Counted from the whole stretch's first letter, positions 19,033 to 29,969 are shown. The stretch is DNA of 61,583 nt, filler included, from Theionarchaea archaeon (GCA_018992565.1; 2 parts of 2 records of this genome joined end to end with filler, not necessarily neighbours in it), one strand, 5' to 3'. A program made the numbers and translations. Notes: generated by a model from the sequence alone, not told the origin.

Positions 19033-19911
19033 TTAGATAGAATTGATTTCCTTTATCCACTCGCCTCTGCAGTGACAATCATGGGTTATTTCACCGTTGG
19101 CGAGAGAGTAGTCTTGAACCTTCCCGGCCAGCATCCCTGTACATTTTCTGCAATTTCTTACACCTCTCCTCTTTCCCACTGCTACCGGGTGGCATACAAT
19201 ATGGGCAGGAAGATGACATGTTCTGTTCAGGACTTCCACTACAGACCACATCCAGGGAGGCTTGTAGGTCCCTGTCCTCCACAGGTACTCCACCAGTGTC
19301 TTTTTATGGATAGCTACTGGGTTGAAGGAGATGACATCCACCATCTCGGCAACATCCTCTGCCGACTTTACTGCATCTTCTATGGCCTCATATTCGGTAA
19401 GAAAAGGGGGTTTAATCAAGAGATACGCTTTTATCTTCATTCCTTCTAGAGCAGCCACTGCTTTCACGAAATCTTTGAAGGTGAATCCTTTGTTGATGCA
19501 GTATTTCAGTATGCGGTCATTTGATGATTCAAGTCCCATTGCCACTTCCAATGCAATCGAATCTTTCTTCAAATAAGAATAAACAGATAATGCCTCTTCA
19601 TGAAATTCAGGTCTTGTTTCAATAGTCAATTCTCTGACTTTTTTCTTCTTTATAATGTCTAGTATTTTATTTCGTGTTGGTTCGGGGAGCTCTCTTGTAT
19701 CCAGGAAACTTCCCGAAGTGAATATTTTGATTTTTTGAAATTCCTGATCCATTATTGTCATGAACTCTGGTAGGAAGTTAGTATCTTCTGAATCCAGAGC
19801 GTATGAACACATATAACACTTGTTCCATGAGCATCCCCTGGTGGGGAGTACTACATTCAATGCAATGACTACGCGGTCATCAACACGTTCTCTTGTCATC
19901 CACCAGCGCAT
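19033..19911 (-). CDS. Archaeosine biosynthesis radical SAM enzyme (RaSEA-like)
   Basis: TRGCSWNKCYMC, KIFTSGSFLD, IETRPE, YLLIKPPFLTE, YKPPW.WS. Confidence 0.88.
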   Translation of the reverse strand: MRWWMTRERVDDRVVIALNVVLPTRGCSWNKCYMCSYALDSEDTNFLPEFMTIMDQEFQKIKIFTSGSFLDTRELPEPTRNKILDIIKKKKVRELTIETRPEFHEEALSVYSYLKKDSIALEVAMGLESSNDRILKYCINKGFTFKDFVKAVAALEGMKIKAYLLIKPPFLTEYEAIEDAVKSAEDVAEMVDVISFNPVAIHKKTLVEYLWRTGTYKPPWMWSVVEVLNRTCHLPAHIVCHPVAVGKRRGVRNCRKCTGMLAGKVQDYSLANGEITHDCHCRGEWIKEINSI

Positions 19912-20119
19912 GTGTTAGATCTTCATTCGGCTTATTAAAGGTTTCAATAGCTTCTGTTATTTTCCTGTTATGACACGAGTTATCCACCGTAAACCGAGGG
20001 CATGAGGAAGGGTCTTCAACGGGAGTATTTCAAGACACAGGGTTCCCTTTTCTTTTTCCCTTCTATGTGGACGATTCCTCAACCCAATACATTAAAAAGC
20101 AGTAGTACCTACTCCACCT

Positions 20120-20482
20120 ATGGCTCGAATACCCACCTTTGGATTGATTATGTCTGTTTTCATCATTATTGGAGCTGTCTACATAACGAGCATAATAGAC
20201 AACGAATGGATTAGATTTGGCATTCTCTTTATCGCCTTCTTCTTCGTGGCTTCTGCTTTCATGGGACTATCCTGGGAAAAAAGGATTGCGGAGCAAATAA
20301 TTCAAGAAGGATATGTTGCTGAATATGTGCAGGAATACGGTGTTGGTAACAGGAAGACATTCACAGCCTTTGTTGAGACCTTGAAGAGAAAAGGATTCAA
20401 AATGAATCCCGGCGTCGAGAAAAGACTATGGGAAGAAATAAAAAAAGAGACAGGATATAAAGGCTACCAGAATTCAGTATGA
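20120..20482 (+). CDS. Hypothetical membrane protein (2 TM helices)
   Basis: Two hydrophobic segments followed by a soluble tail; ATTAAAA box upstream. Confidence 0.7.
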   Translation: MARIPTFGLIMSVFIIIGAVYITSIIDNEWIRFGILFIAFFFVASAFMGLSWEKRIAEQIIQEGYVAEYVQEYGVGNRKTFTAFVETLKRKGFKMNPGVEKRLWEEIKKETGYKGYQNSV

Positions 20483-21081
20483 TGGAAATCCTTCAGAATT
20501 TCCCTTCGTGGATTCTCTGGCATCTTGGCGATCTTTCCTATGGGTATCAATGCAACTACTACGATTTCTTCAGGGATATCAAGTATGTACTTGAGTTTGT
20601 CTACCTGGAAGTATTCTGACAAGAGGGTGGTACACAATTCGATGCAACATGAGCCCAGCTTCAAATCCCAGGCAGTGAGCATCATATTCTGAATAGCTGC
20701 TCCCGACTCAAAAAGAAAGGATTTCGACTTTCTCGGATCTGCACACGCGATAATGATGTACGGGGGGTCCAGTATCTGGTGACGGAGCATGTCCAGCATA
20801 CCCAGAATCCTCTTTTTTACCTCGAAAGGATCCTTGAATCGTTCTTCCGCATCCGCCCTGAAAAGCATGTCCTCAGCTTCCCTCTTATACGCATCAACGT
20901 AGAGCTCCGCAATAGGCACTTTCTCTTCCTTTTCAGAGATGATCACAAATTGCCAGGGTTGGCTGTTGTTTGAGGAAGGTGCCCACCTGGCAGCATCCAA
21001 TATGACTTTGATAGCTTCTGGCCTCACAAAATCTGATTTAAAGTGACGAATAGATCTCCTCTTGCGGATGATATGTATCAC
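20464..21081 (-). CDS. Nitroreductase family protein
   Basis: RRSIRHF, ARWAPSSNNSQPW, AAIQNMMLTA..LGSC. Confidence 0.9.
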   Translation of the reverse strand: MIHIIRKRRSIRHFKSDFVRPEAIKVILDAARWAPSSNNSQPWQFVIISEKEEKVPIAELYVDAYKREAEDMLFRADAEERFKDPFEVKKRILGMLDMLRHQILDPPYIIIACADPRKSKSFLFESGAAIQNMMLTAWDLKLGSCCIELCTTLLSEYFQVDKLKYILDIPEEIVVVALIPIGKIAKMPENPRREILKDFHHTEFW

Positions 21082-21102
21082 GCCGATATAATCACCTCTT
21101 CA

Positions 21103-21906
21103 CTACCGGACGACTTCTTCTACTTCCTCATACCACTGCTTCTTGTCACCAACCTTGTCTCTCATCTTCCACTTGAAGCTCTTGGGTTCGTCTTCTATAC
21201 GTTTCTGAAGCTGCTCTATCTTCTTCACAACATTCTTCTTATCTTCTTGGGCAAGCTTTTCATAGTTCTGGGCAAAGGTTTTGATTTTTCCTAGATTCTC
21301 AGTGGCAGTTCTCCAGAATCCCCAGTCTTCAGCGAATAGTCGAGCAATATAGTCTTCATTCACGGACTCCTTATCTGAAGGACCCACATCATGCTCTCTC
21401 AGGAGAACGATAGAATCGATAATATCTTTTTCATTGATCCGGACAATCTGCAACTTCGAGAGAAACATATCAGTTAAGGTGACAGTTGGATGATCGATCT
21501 CAAGTCGGTTTCTGAAATTGACCACATGGCAAAATTTCAGTTCATCCAGAAATACATCTGAATGTATACCCAGAGTGTCTTCGTAGAAGATCAACCGTTT
21601 TGACATCTTTCCCATTCCCATTCCGGACATCATTGCCCTGATGGCAGGATCTTCCCTGTAGTCAAGGTCCAGGAATAGTTGCCGTATAGCTTTGATGTCT
21701 TTGTCGTAACCCACGAAATCGATGTCTGTGAGCATTCGACCGAGGTCATACTCCAGGTACTTGAACGTGGGGCAATGGGTTCTGATGGCAATGGCACCGA
21801 TAATCCTCAAAGGAATATGTCTCTTATCTGCCTCTTGGAGGATACGATCCCTCAGCTTGAAGAATTCGGCCTCCTGCTTTTTTAGGTTTTCAGGATCCAT
21901 AGTCAT
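21103..21906 (-). CDS. Nucleotidyltransferase-fold hypothetical protein
   Basis: IIGAIAI...LTDIDFV resembles the G-x..DxD Pol-beta motif; KLQIV.INEKD..D. Confidence 0.6.
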   Translation of the reverse strand: MTMDPENLKKQEAEFFKLRDRILQEADKRHIPLRIIGAIAIRTHCPTFKYLEYDLGRMLTDIDFVGYDKDIKAIRQLFLDLDYREDPAIRAMMSGMGMGKMSKRLIFYEDTLGIHSDVFLDELKFCHVVNFRNRLEIDHPTVTLTDMFLSKLQIVRINEKDIIDSIVLLREHDVGPSDKESVNEDYIARLFAEDWGFWRTATENLGKIKTFAQNYEKLAQEDKKNVVKKIEQLQKRIEDEPKSFKWKMRDKVGDKKQWYEEVEEVVR

Positions 21907-21908
21907 AG

Positions 21909-22859
21909 TTAACCCTCGACTTTCCAATATCTCTCTACTCCTTCTTCGGAAAACTCAATAATGAACCCTCTCAGAATTCCTTCTCCATATTCAGATCCAG
22001 GATTGACCACTGCAGTATTCCCGATCTTATCTGATGCATAGCTTTCATGGATATGACCATGTAGTCCCATCATGGGTTGATACTGCTCCTCAGCTGCTCT
22101 TATAGCTTTTGAGCCCACATGAATCATCTCGACAGTTCCTGCAGTAATGACTGGCCTCAATGTCTTGTCGAGTCTAGGAGCCAGATCAAGATGCGTATTG
22201 TACGGAGGGCAGTGGAAATTGAAAATCGATTTTGAGGGATCACTGAGTTTCTTTGCGAGCTGGTCAATTCTCTTCTTCATGTCTTTCTCACTGTACTCTC
22301 TGGGAGTATCCCAGGGTGTGGGATTCACATACTCCAGACTTATGGTCTCAAATCCCCCAACCTCCACAACCTGGTCCAGGCACCAGATGACGCCTTTGTC
22401 CTCATAGGATTTAATGACTTTGTCAATGAGAAATTCATCATCATTTCCAGGCATGGCCATGACCTGCACTTTGCTGGTGTCAACTTTTTCCACCAGGAAG
22501 CTCAGCCATTCATCAATCCTCTGGGCCATTGCATCATTCATTTTCTTATCTACGATCTTGGGATTGTTCCTCATCTCTTCCACTTCTTCTGAGCTGGTTC
22601 TAAAAGGATAACATCCAGAATCGGCAAGACGGTTCTCCATTTCTACTACCTCTTCTTCTGAGGTCAGATGCCATCCTCTGCCGTAGTAGTGAGTCTTGTA
22701 ACTACCGTCTGGTTCCTTAATTAGAGGAATCAGTGCTTTTCCAGTTAGATCTCCACACAAAAGAAGCATATCTGCCTTGTGGAATTCAGGGACATTCACC
22801 CATTTCTTCCAGATTGCTGTGCTGCCGTGCGCGTCTGTTGAAAAGAACATTCTCGCCAT
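21909..22859 (-). CDS. Calcineurin-like metallophosphoesterase (Icc-related)
   Basis: TDAHG, GDLTGK, PGNDD, HCPPY, LHGHIHES, NPGS; GGTGA RBS before ATG 22859. Confidence 0.88.
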   Translation of the reverse strand: MARMFFSTDAHGSTAIWKKWVNVPEFHKADMLLLCGDLTGKALIPLIKEPDGSYKTHYYGRGWHLTSEEEVVEMENRLADSGCYPFRTSSEEVEEMRNNPKIVDKKMNDAMAQRIDEWLSFLVEKVDTSKVQVMAMPGNDDEFLIDKVIKSYEDKGVIWCLDQVVEVGGFETISLEYVNPTPWDTPREYSEKDMKKRIDQLAKKLSDPSKSIFNFHCPPYNTHLDLAPRLDKTLRPVITAGTVEMIHVGSKAIRAAEEQYQPMMGLHGHIHESYASDKIGNTAVVNPGSEYGEGILRGFIIEFSEEGVERYWKVEG

Positions 22860-23071
22860 TTTTTCACCGCTCTTACTGTTGGTGAACAACTTATAAATGT
22901 TACTAATTGACTGAGGAGTTGGGGGAGAATACGGGATAGACAGGGAAGAATCAAAGCAGAGGGACAAGAGAACCCCCTATTCCTAGGGTTTTTTGCATAT
23001 CGACCATGTGCCATGGGGGTATCCATAACATTTTTAAGAGTGCCTATCATACAGAGGCTGGAAGTGAAACC

Positions 23072-24244
23072 ATGTTGAAATTCCTGTTGGCGGTTACCGT
23101 GATTCTGCTGGGTATCAGCGGAGGATATCAGCAGACATTTACCGGAGAAGACCTGGCTCCTGTGAAGGACATATCGTTGTGTGCAAGCAGTAGCAGCATT
23201 TATCTGGCATATACCCCACCTGACAGTAAGGAGATAACGCTGGTGCAGCTGGATTCTCAGCTTAATGAAGTGTGCACTCTCAGCATTGATGATATGACCT
23301 CTCCCTGTATCAAGTGGTACAACGACGCTGTCTATCTGGCAGGCATCAAGGGAGAAGCTGTTGTCATCAGGGTTTTTACAGATAACTTGGAACTAGTGCG
23401 GGAGTTTGTAACACCGGTAGAAGAACCGGTGGATGTGTATATTCTTCCCTGCGAGGAAGGAATTATCCTCTCGTATGTGCATCGGTTTCTGGAAGATGAT
23501 CTTCTACATCAGGACGTCTTTGTGAAGAAGTTCGATTTCTCTTTCACTGAGCTTGGTTCAGCGAGGCTTACCAGCTGGGACTACTGGGAAGAATCATGTC
23601 TTGCAGTCGTTGGAGGGAACATTGTCGTGGCCTACTCATACTACCCCCTGTCTGCTTTCATGAGCCGGTATGTCATGGTGGCCCTGCTTGATTCTGACCT
23701 CAACCACATAGCAGAAACGACATATCCCAAGGATCTTTCCATAAGTGACGAAACTCCGCTGGGTAGGAATGTGGTAGAACCCGATTTATGCGTTGTAAAT
23801 TCCCAGATTATTCTCCTGTTCCGCATAACAGACCAGAATTTTTCAGCCACCAACCTGACATGGGAAGGAGAAGTCATTGTGGTTCCTGGCAATATTCACG
23901 CAGTAGTGCTGACGAATGATTTACTTGTGGACAGAGAGGTTTACCTCACCGAGGACTACAGAGAGCACTTTGGACCCTGCGCTGCGTACGAAGGCGAGAA
24001 GATCTACTTTGTCCAATCGGTAAAGGATGGCAGCACAACAACTATAGACGTGGTGTCAGCCCCCACCTTGGAGGAGTTGAAGCCAATTCTAGAGCCTCCG
24101 CAGTCAGGAGTGTCAATATATTGGATTGCTGGCCTGGGAGTGGGAATTGTCTTCCTCATAGTACTTGTTCTCTTTGTGAGAAGGAGAAAGCGCTCAGCCT
24201 CCAGGAAAAGCAGGAAAAGAACGAAAAACAAAAAAGGTGGATGA
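23072..24244 (+). CDS. Secreted, C-terminally membrane-anchored hypothetical protein (possible beta-propeller)
   Basis: Signal peptide MLKFLLAVTVILLG; C-terminal TM helix followed by an R/K-rich tail. Confidence 0.7.
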   Translation: MLKFLLAVTVILLGISGGYQQTFTGEDLAPVKDISLCASSSSIYLAYTPPDSKEITLVQLDSQLNEVCTLSIDDMTSPCIKWYNDAVYLAGIKGEAVVIRVFTDNLELVREFVTPVEEPVDVYILPCEEGIILSYVHRFLEDDLLHQDVFVKKFDFSFTELGSARLTSWDYWEESCLAVVGGNIVVAYSYYPLSAFMSRYVMVALLDSDLNHIAETTYPKDLSISDETPLGRNVVEPDLCVVNSQIILLFRITDQNFSATNLTWEGEVIVVPGNIHAVVLTNDLLVDREVYLTEDYREHFGPCAAYEGEKIYFVQSVKDGSTTTIDVVSAPTLEELKPILEPPQSGVSIYWIAGLGVGIVFLIVLVLFVRRRKRSASRKSRKRTKNKKGG

Positions 24245-24372
24245 CTGGACGGGAAAGTCTCTTTTCAGCATACATTACTGGACCTAATTCCGAAATGATA
24301 GATTATTCTGGTTAAATTACCTGAGCATAAGCCTTATATAATCAAACGGGTTCTTCTATGCAGGTGATTTGT

Positions 24373-25629
24373 GTGGACTATGCAGTACGTGAGGAGTCTC
24401 TGGCTCCTCAGGGAAAATTGAAGATTGAATGGGCAGACCGTCAGATGCCTGTGATTAACCTTATCCGGCAGCAGTTTGAGAGGGATTTGCCTCTCAAGGG
24501 CATGACAATAGCTGCCTGCCTGCATGTTACATCAGAAACTGCAAACCTTATGCGAACTCTGAAGGCGGGAGGAGCTGTGGTTGCACTGTGTGCTTCAAAT
24601 CCACTCTCCACTCAGGATGATGTTGCAGCCTCTCTGGTGAAAGATTATGACATACCGGTGTTTGCTGTCCGTGGAGAAGATGGCAAGACCTACTATGAGC
24701 ATCTGCACCAGGTGCTGGATTTTAAGCCTACCATAACCATGGATGATGGGGGTGACCTGGTATCCACTCTGCATACAGACAGGATTGAGCTGCGAGAGAG
24801 GGTGAAGGCAGGAACTGAAGAGACTACTACGGGTATTGTCCGGTTTAGGAACATGGAAAGAGAGGGTGCTTTAAAGTATCCCATCATTGCTGTAAATGAT
24901 GCTCAGACCAAACATTTCTTTGACAATAGATACGGGACAGGTCAGAGCTCCCTGGATGGGATTTTGCGGGCCACCAATGTGCTTTTAGCTGGCAAGAAAT
25001 TTGTGGTTGCTGGTTACGGATGGTGTGGTAGAGGTGTGGCTATGCGAGCCAGGGGAATGGGTTCCAACGTTGTGGTCACTGAAGTCGATCCTCTGAAAGC
25101 TCTGGAAGCTACCATGGACGGATTTTCGGTTATGCCCATGAAGGAAGCAGCGCGGATTGGTGACATCTTCATCACAGCTACAGGAGACAAGAATGTCATT
25201 CGGGAGGAACATATGATGGTAATGAAAGATGGTACAATCCTCTGCAATACAGGTCACTTTGATGTTGAGGTTGAGAAACCTGCTCTTGAGAAGTTGGCAA
25301 GAGAAAGACGAGTTGTGCGAGAAAACCTGGAGGAGTATGTCTTGAAGGATGGGAGATCTCTGTATCTTCTGGGAGAAGGAAGACTGGTCAACTTGGCTTG
25401 TGCAGAAGGACATCCTTCTATTGTCATGGATATGAGCTTTGCAAATCAAGCTCTCTCTGCTCAGTTTATTGTTGAAAAAGGTCACACTCTTGAACCCAGA
25501 GTGTACCAGGTTCCTCCAGAGATCGATAATCGCATTGCAGCACTGAAACTGAAATCCATGAATGTGGAAATTGATGTGCTCACTCCGGAGCAGGATGCAT
25601 ACCTGAGCAGCTGGAAGGCGGGTACCTAG
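24373..25629 (+). CDS. ahcY: Adenosylhomocysteinase
   Basis: [61 protein letters not shown] before GTG 24373. Confidence 0.96.
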   Translation: MDYAVREESLAPQGKLKIEWADRQMPVINLIRQQFERDLPLKGMTIAACLHVTSETANLMRTLKAGGAVVALCASNPLSTQDDVAASLVKDYDIPVFAVRGEDGKTYYEHLHQVLDFKPTITMDDGGDLVSTLHTDRIELRERVKAGTEETTTGIVRFRNMEREGALKYPIIAVNDAQTKHFFDNRYGTGQSSLDGILRATNVLLAGKKFVVAGYGWCGRGVAMRARGMGSNVVVTEVDPLKALEATMDGFSVMPMKEAARIGDIFITATGDKNVIREEHMMVMKDGTILCNTGHFDVEVEKPALEKLARERRVVRENLEEYVLKDGRSLYLLGEGRLVNLACAEGHPSIVMDMSFANQALSAQFIVEKGHTLEPRVYQVPPEIDNRIAALKLKSMNVEIDVLTPEQDAYLSSWKAGT

Positions 25630-26709
25630 GTGTCTGGCATGGGAATAGAAATAAGCAGAGAGTGGATAGAAGCATATCTTTCCAAGAAGTATCCTGGAAG
25701 CACCTTCATTGCGCTGAACCCTATGGGTGAAGGAGTACATGGGGTGGGGTATTCTGTCGCCTTTGAATGGCAATGGAAACGGCAGAACATCATAATCAAG
25801 ACGCTTTTCTCTGAAGGATTTGGTCATGAGTACTTCTCAGATCGAGCCCAGGTACTTCTCCTGGCACACAAAGCGTACAACATGTTACCCAAGCACGTAC
25901 GATCGCTTGATGTGGTGGGAGTGGGAAAGAAAATGGTATCAGTCGGGGACTGTCAGGAGTTTTTCATCCTCATGGAGGAAGCAGAAGGAGAGACTTATTT
26001 TACTGACCTTGAAAGAATCAAGAAGGAGAAGAAACTCACTGACCAAGACCTGGAGAAGTGTGCAAAGCTCGCTGATTACCTGGCAGAAATTCACAAGGAG
26101 AAGTGCAAGAATCCTGGATTATATAAACGGAGGATCAGAGACACAGTAGGGAGCGGGGAGTGTATCATGGGGGTTCTAGATACGTATCCAGAGGTGGAAT
26201 TCACTACCTCTGATGAGATAACCGAATTCGTCCGCCTGGCCGTAACCTGGTGGGGCAAAATCAAGAACAGAGCCCATCGACTGTGTGTGGTTCACGGGGA
26301 TTACCATCCAGGAAATATCTGGTGGAATGAGAGTGAGGAAACCAACGATTTCATCCTTCTGGACAGAAGCAGGGGTATATATGGAGAACCTGCCGATGAT
26401 GTGACCTGTCTCAGCATCAACTACCTTTTTTACGGACTACGCATGAATGAAGACCGGTTCGAAGGGCCTTTCAAAGAGTTGTTTGATCTCTTTCTTGAAA
26501 GGTATCTTTCCCAGACCAAAGACCAGGAAATGTGGGAGGTTATGGCCCCCTTCTTCGCATTTCGAGCGACAGTGGTATGCAATCCCCTCTTTTATCCTGA
26601 TGTCACCAACCTCACCAGAAGGAAGTTGTTCAATTTCGCACTGAATGTCATGGAAGATGAAACCTTTTCACCACAGAACATACCTGAATACCTCAGGGAC
26701 AGATCATGA
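25630..26709 (+). CDS. Aminoglycoside/choline phosphotransferase (APH)-like kinase
   Basis: Brenner motif VHGDYHPGNI, LLDRSRG..GEPADD. Confidence 0.8.
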   Translation: MSGMGIEISREWIEAYLSKKYPGSTFIALNPMGEGVHGVGYSVAFEWQWKRQNIIIKTLFSEGFGHEYFSDRAQVLLLAHKAYNMLPKHVRSLDVVGVGKKMVSVGDCQEFFILMEEAEGETYFTDLERIKKEKKLTDQDLEKCAKLADYLAEIHKEKCKNPGLYKRRIRDTVGSGECIMGVLDTYPEVEFTTSDEITEFVRLAVTWWGKIKNRAHRLCVVHGDYHPGNIWWNESEETNDFILLDRSRGIYGEPADDVTCLSINYLFYGLRMNEDRFEGPFKELFDLFLERYLSQTKDQEMWEVMAPFFAFRATVVCNPLFYPDVTNLTRRKLFNFALNVMEDETFSPQNIPEYLRDRS

Positions 26710-27293
26710 CCTGGGTTGTGTGGCTAACAGGACTTCCAGGATCTGGAAAGACGGTAATTGCCAGGGAACTCATGGAGCTCCTCTGTGTTCCTGTTGAAAT
26801 GCTCCGTCTGGACGAGTTCAGGAAAAAGCTGGTGCCAGATCCCCAGTATACTGAACAGGAGAGGGACCTCGTTTATAATGCAGTGGGCGTCATGGCTTCT
26901 CTCCTGGCATCCCACGGCGTCAATGTGGTGGTGGATGCCACAGCTCACCGCAAGAAATGGAGAGATAGAGCACGGGAGCAGATCTCTTCTTTCTACGAGG
27001 TTTATGTAAAATGTCCATTAGAAGTGTGCATGAAGCGAGAGTCTGAACGAAAGGACAACCTCATTGTCAGTGACATATATAGGAAAGCTCTTGAGAGGAA
27101 AAGAAAGTTAGAGAAGGGAACCTCAGTTCAGAAGAGTGATGTGGGTGACGTCATTGGAGTTGATGTAATGTATGAAGAACCCGAGCATCCTGAGCTGGTC
27201 ATCGAGACAAATATAACAACCCCTGAAGAAGGCGCCAGAATGATCTATGCTATGTTGTATCCTCCTGCTGGTGAGCCTCCAGGCAGGCACTAG
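26706..27293 (+). CDS. Adenylyl-sulfate kinase-like P-loop kinase
   Basis: WLTGLPGSGKT, EVYVKCPLEVC..R, GVD..YEEPEHPEL. Confidence 0.8.
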   Translation: MTWVVWLTGLPGSGKTVIARELMELLCVPVEMLRLDEFRKKLVPDPQYTEQERDLVYNAVGVMASLLASHGVNVVVDATAHRKKWRDRAREQISSFYEVYVKCPLEVCMKRESERKDNLIVSDIYRKALERKRKLEKGTSVQKSDVGDVIGVDVMYEEPEHPELVIETNITTPEEGARMIYAMLYPPAGEPPGRH

Positions 27294-28561
27294 AACAGGC
27301 TCATTCCTGCTTTTGAAATGACAGCTTTAAACTTTCCTCTTCCCTTCTGCCGGATTCTTTCCACTTTTTCTACTTCGATCTCCACTGGTTCCTGAAATAC
27401 ATTTCTGAGCTCCTGTAGCAGCGCTTTTTCTTCCTTTTCAGGCAGAGTTCCACGGGGAACAAGTTGGATGCGAATGCAGGATTTTCTCTCCTGGATTATC
27501 TTGAACTCTCCTACATGAGGGCTCAGAAAGAAAGGAGGTATCAACCGGGTGGGAGGCACTGCTCTCCCTGAGGGCAGGACAATGAAATCATCTGCCCGTC
27601 CTTCCAGGTCTTTCATCAGGGGAAGACCTCTACCACATGAACAGGATTCCTCTGAAGGTATCCCAACATCCCCCATTCTGTACCTGATAAAGGGCATGGC
27701 CTTATTCCACAAGTTGGTGATTACTATCTCACCTCGCTCCCCGGGAGCAACAGGCTCCCCCTCTTTCAAGAATTCCACCAGTACCGAATCCGCATTAATA
27801 TGCATCTCGTGGTGCTGGCACTCCCAGGCAATGGAATAAGCTTCATATGCTCCGTACTTGTTAAGTGTACGACACCTAAACACCTTCTCAATATAGGTTC
27901 TGTAGGAGGGATATGCTACTTCACCACCCAGGAGTACAGCCTGGGGATTCAAGTCCTCGATACCTCTGTTCTTTACAACAGTGGCCATGGCCACGTAGGC
28001 CGAGGGATGTCCACCCATGAAATCAGGCTGAAAGTCCCTGGCTTCCTTCACCAGTTCCTCTTCGGGAAGAGTTCCAGATACTCCTTTCACCCGTTGAAGT
28101 ATAGTCCTTGATGACTTCTTTAGCTGGGCAGGGTCGTGGTATAGAATGAAGAATTTGTGCCAGGGTCGCAGCCCCTGTGCCAGATGATCGCGATAGGATA
28201 TGGCTGAGAAATGGCTTTGAGCTTCCCTGTCATATAAGATGGTGATCACACTGCCTGAAGTGCCAGAGGTAGTCTTCACTGTGCAGTTGTCCTGGGAGAA
28301 CCCTGGTGTAACAATTCCATGGGGAAAAACAGACTTTATTTCTTCTTTTGTTATCAGAGGAATCTTCTGCATATCTTCTACGTTCATGATGTCTTGTGGA
28401 GTAATGCCTGCATCTCGTAGTTTACGATGGTAGACAGGAGAATTGTGATAGGCAAAATCCACTAGGAACCTGATTCTCTTTTCCTGAATTCTTCTCAGGG
28501 ATTCGGAAGTCTTATACTGGTTTCTGTATATTTTCATGACAGTATGTAGTGATTTCCACAC
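27290..28561 (-). CDS. Phenylacetate-CoA ligase/CapK-like adenylate-forming enzyme
   Basis: TTSGTSG, YGAYE, MPFIRYRMGD, GRADD; GGAGGTGA RBS before GTG 28561. Confidence 0.88.
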   Translation of the reverse strand: MWKSLHTVMKIYRNQYKTSESLRRIQEKRIRFLVDFAYHNSPVYHRKLRDAGITPQDIMNVEDMQKIPLITKEEIKSVFPHGIVTPGFSQDNCTVKTTSGTSGSVITILYDREAQSHFSAISYRDHLAQGLRPWHKFFILYHDPAQLKKSSRTILQRVKGVSGTLPEEELVKEARDFQPDFMGGHPSAYVAMATVVKNRGIEDLNPQAVLLGGEVAYPSYRTYIEKVFRCRTLNKYGAYEAYSIAWECQHHEMHINADSVLVEFLKEGEPVAPGERGEIVITNLWNKAMPFIRYRMGDVGIPSEESCSCGRGLPLMKDLEGRADDFIVLPSGRAVPPTRLIPPFFLSPHVGEFKIIQERKSCIRIQLVPRGTLPEKEEKALLQELRNVFQEPVEIEVEKVERIRQKGRGKFKAVISKAGMSLF

Positions 28562-28673
28562 AAGAATCACCTCCACAGTGGTATCCATCCTTTCTCGGTT
28601 TTCCCATGATTGTGCTTCAGGAATCCTGGTGGAGGACAGCAACCTGAGAACCATCCTAAACAGATGCCATCAG

Positions 28674-29969
28674 CTAGCCACTGCTGCTGGCACTATTCCT
28701 GACCTTGGATAGTATGGGGCGGGGGCGGTTGTGTCTTCCTCGGGGAATTTCCTCACACAGGTCAAACTGGATTTCTACGTCCCGATCTTTGATGACAGTA
28801 TAAAGTTCATTCATCAATTTTTTCTGTTCCCTCTCTGTGAATTCCGATCCGGCAATGATTTCAACTCGAATCCAGTCTCTTCTTTCCTGAACAATCCTGA
28901 ACTCCTTCACTCCAGGTGCGAGCTCGAAGTAAGGTATTATCATGCGGGGATTCACTCTGTCCCCGCTGGGAAGCCAGATAAAATCGTCATCCCTTCCCAC
29001 CACCAGCTTCATCAAGGGCAGTCCCCTGCCACAGGAGCATCTGTCGTCCAGCGGCACACCTCGATCACGTATCCTGTACCGGATGAAGGGCATGGCATGA
29101 GCTTCCAGAGAGGTTACCACTATCTCCCCTTCCTCACCTGGAGCCACTGGCTCTCCTTCGCTGTCCAGGAATTCTAGGAGGAGGCTATCGCAGGATATGT
29201 GAAATCCTCTGTCCTTGCACTCCCAGGCAAATTGCACGAACTCAGCAGATCCATATTCTTCATATATGGGGGAATGAAAGACCTCTTCAATAAGTGAGCG
29301 TGCCTCTCTGGTCAGGATTTCGGCTTCAGACCGGATGAATACAGGTATTTCTACAGTTTTTCCTTTGTCTTTTAGCATCTTGGCCCATTCAATCAATATT
29401 GAAGGATAGGCGGTGACTGCATCAGGGCCAAATGCTCTCAACATGGCAACTTGCTTTTCAGGTGGCACGAACACCGAAATAAACAGGCGTCTAGTCAATC
29501 CAAGCTTCTCATAGAATTGATTTTCAATCTTGAATGATTCATAGCGAGTATAGGCCAGTTTGTGCCATGGCATGTACCCCAGCGCAGCAAAATTGCGGTA
29601 GGTTACTGCCATGTAAAACTCGTACGTGGGGGTATCATAGATCAGGTTGAGGTTCTGGCCAGTAGACCCTGATGTGGCAGCGTGGATACAGTCTGAAATC
29701 TCAAATCCTCTTGAGATAATAGCGTGAGGGTAGTTGTCCATCATATCCGCTTTGGTGAGTAGAGGTAGCTTGCGGAGATCATCCAGGGTCTCAAAATCTG
29801 AAGGCTTCAGATCATTGGTTCTCAACAATTTGTGATAAAACTCATTTCTTTCATAGACATACGTTAGAAGAGATCGCACTTTCTTTTCCTGGAGCTTCTT
29901 CAACTCTTCAGGTGATTTCCATTGGTTTTTCATGAGTTTCCCAAGGAAATATAGTTGTCTCAGTAGCAT
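28674..29969 (-). CDS. Phenylacetate-CoA ligase/CapK-like adenylate-forming enzyme (paralogue)
   Basis: ATSGSTG, YGSAE, MPFIRYRIRD, GRDDD. Confidence 0.88.
   Translation of the reverse strand: MLLRQLYFLGKLMKNQWKSPEELKKLQEKKVRSLLTYVYERNEFYHKLLRTNDLKPSDFETLDDLRKLPLLTKADMMDNYPHAIISRGFEISDCIHAATSGSTGQNLNLIYDTPTYEFYMAVTYRNFAALGYMPWHKLAYTRYESFKIENQFYEKLGLTRRLFISVFVPPEKQVAMLRAFGPDAVTAYPSILIEWAKMLKDKGKTVEIPVFIRSEAEILTREARSLIEEVFHSPIYEEYGSAEFVQFAWECKDRGFHISCDSLLLEFLDSEGEPVAPGEEGEIVVTSLEAHAMPFIRYRIRDRGVPLDDRCSCGRGLPLMKLVVGRDDDFIWLPSGDRVNPRMIIPYFELAPGVKEFRIVQERRDWIRVEIIAGSEFTEREQKKLMNELYTVIKDRDVEIQFDLCEEIPRGRHNRPRPILSKVRNSASSSG

Noticed and set aside
24985..25827. 280-aa minus-strand ORF
   Set aside because: Antisense to the clearly real ahcY gene
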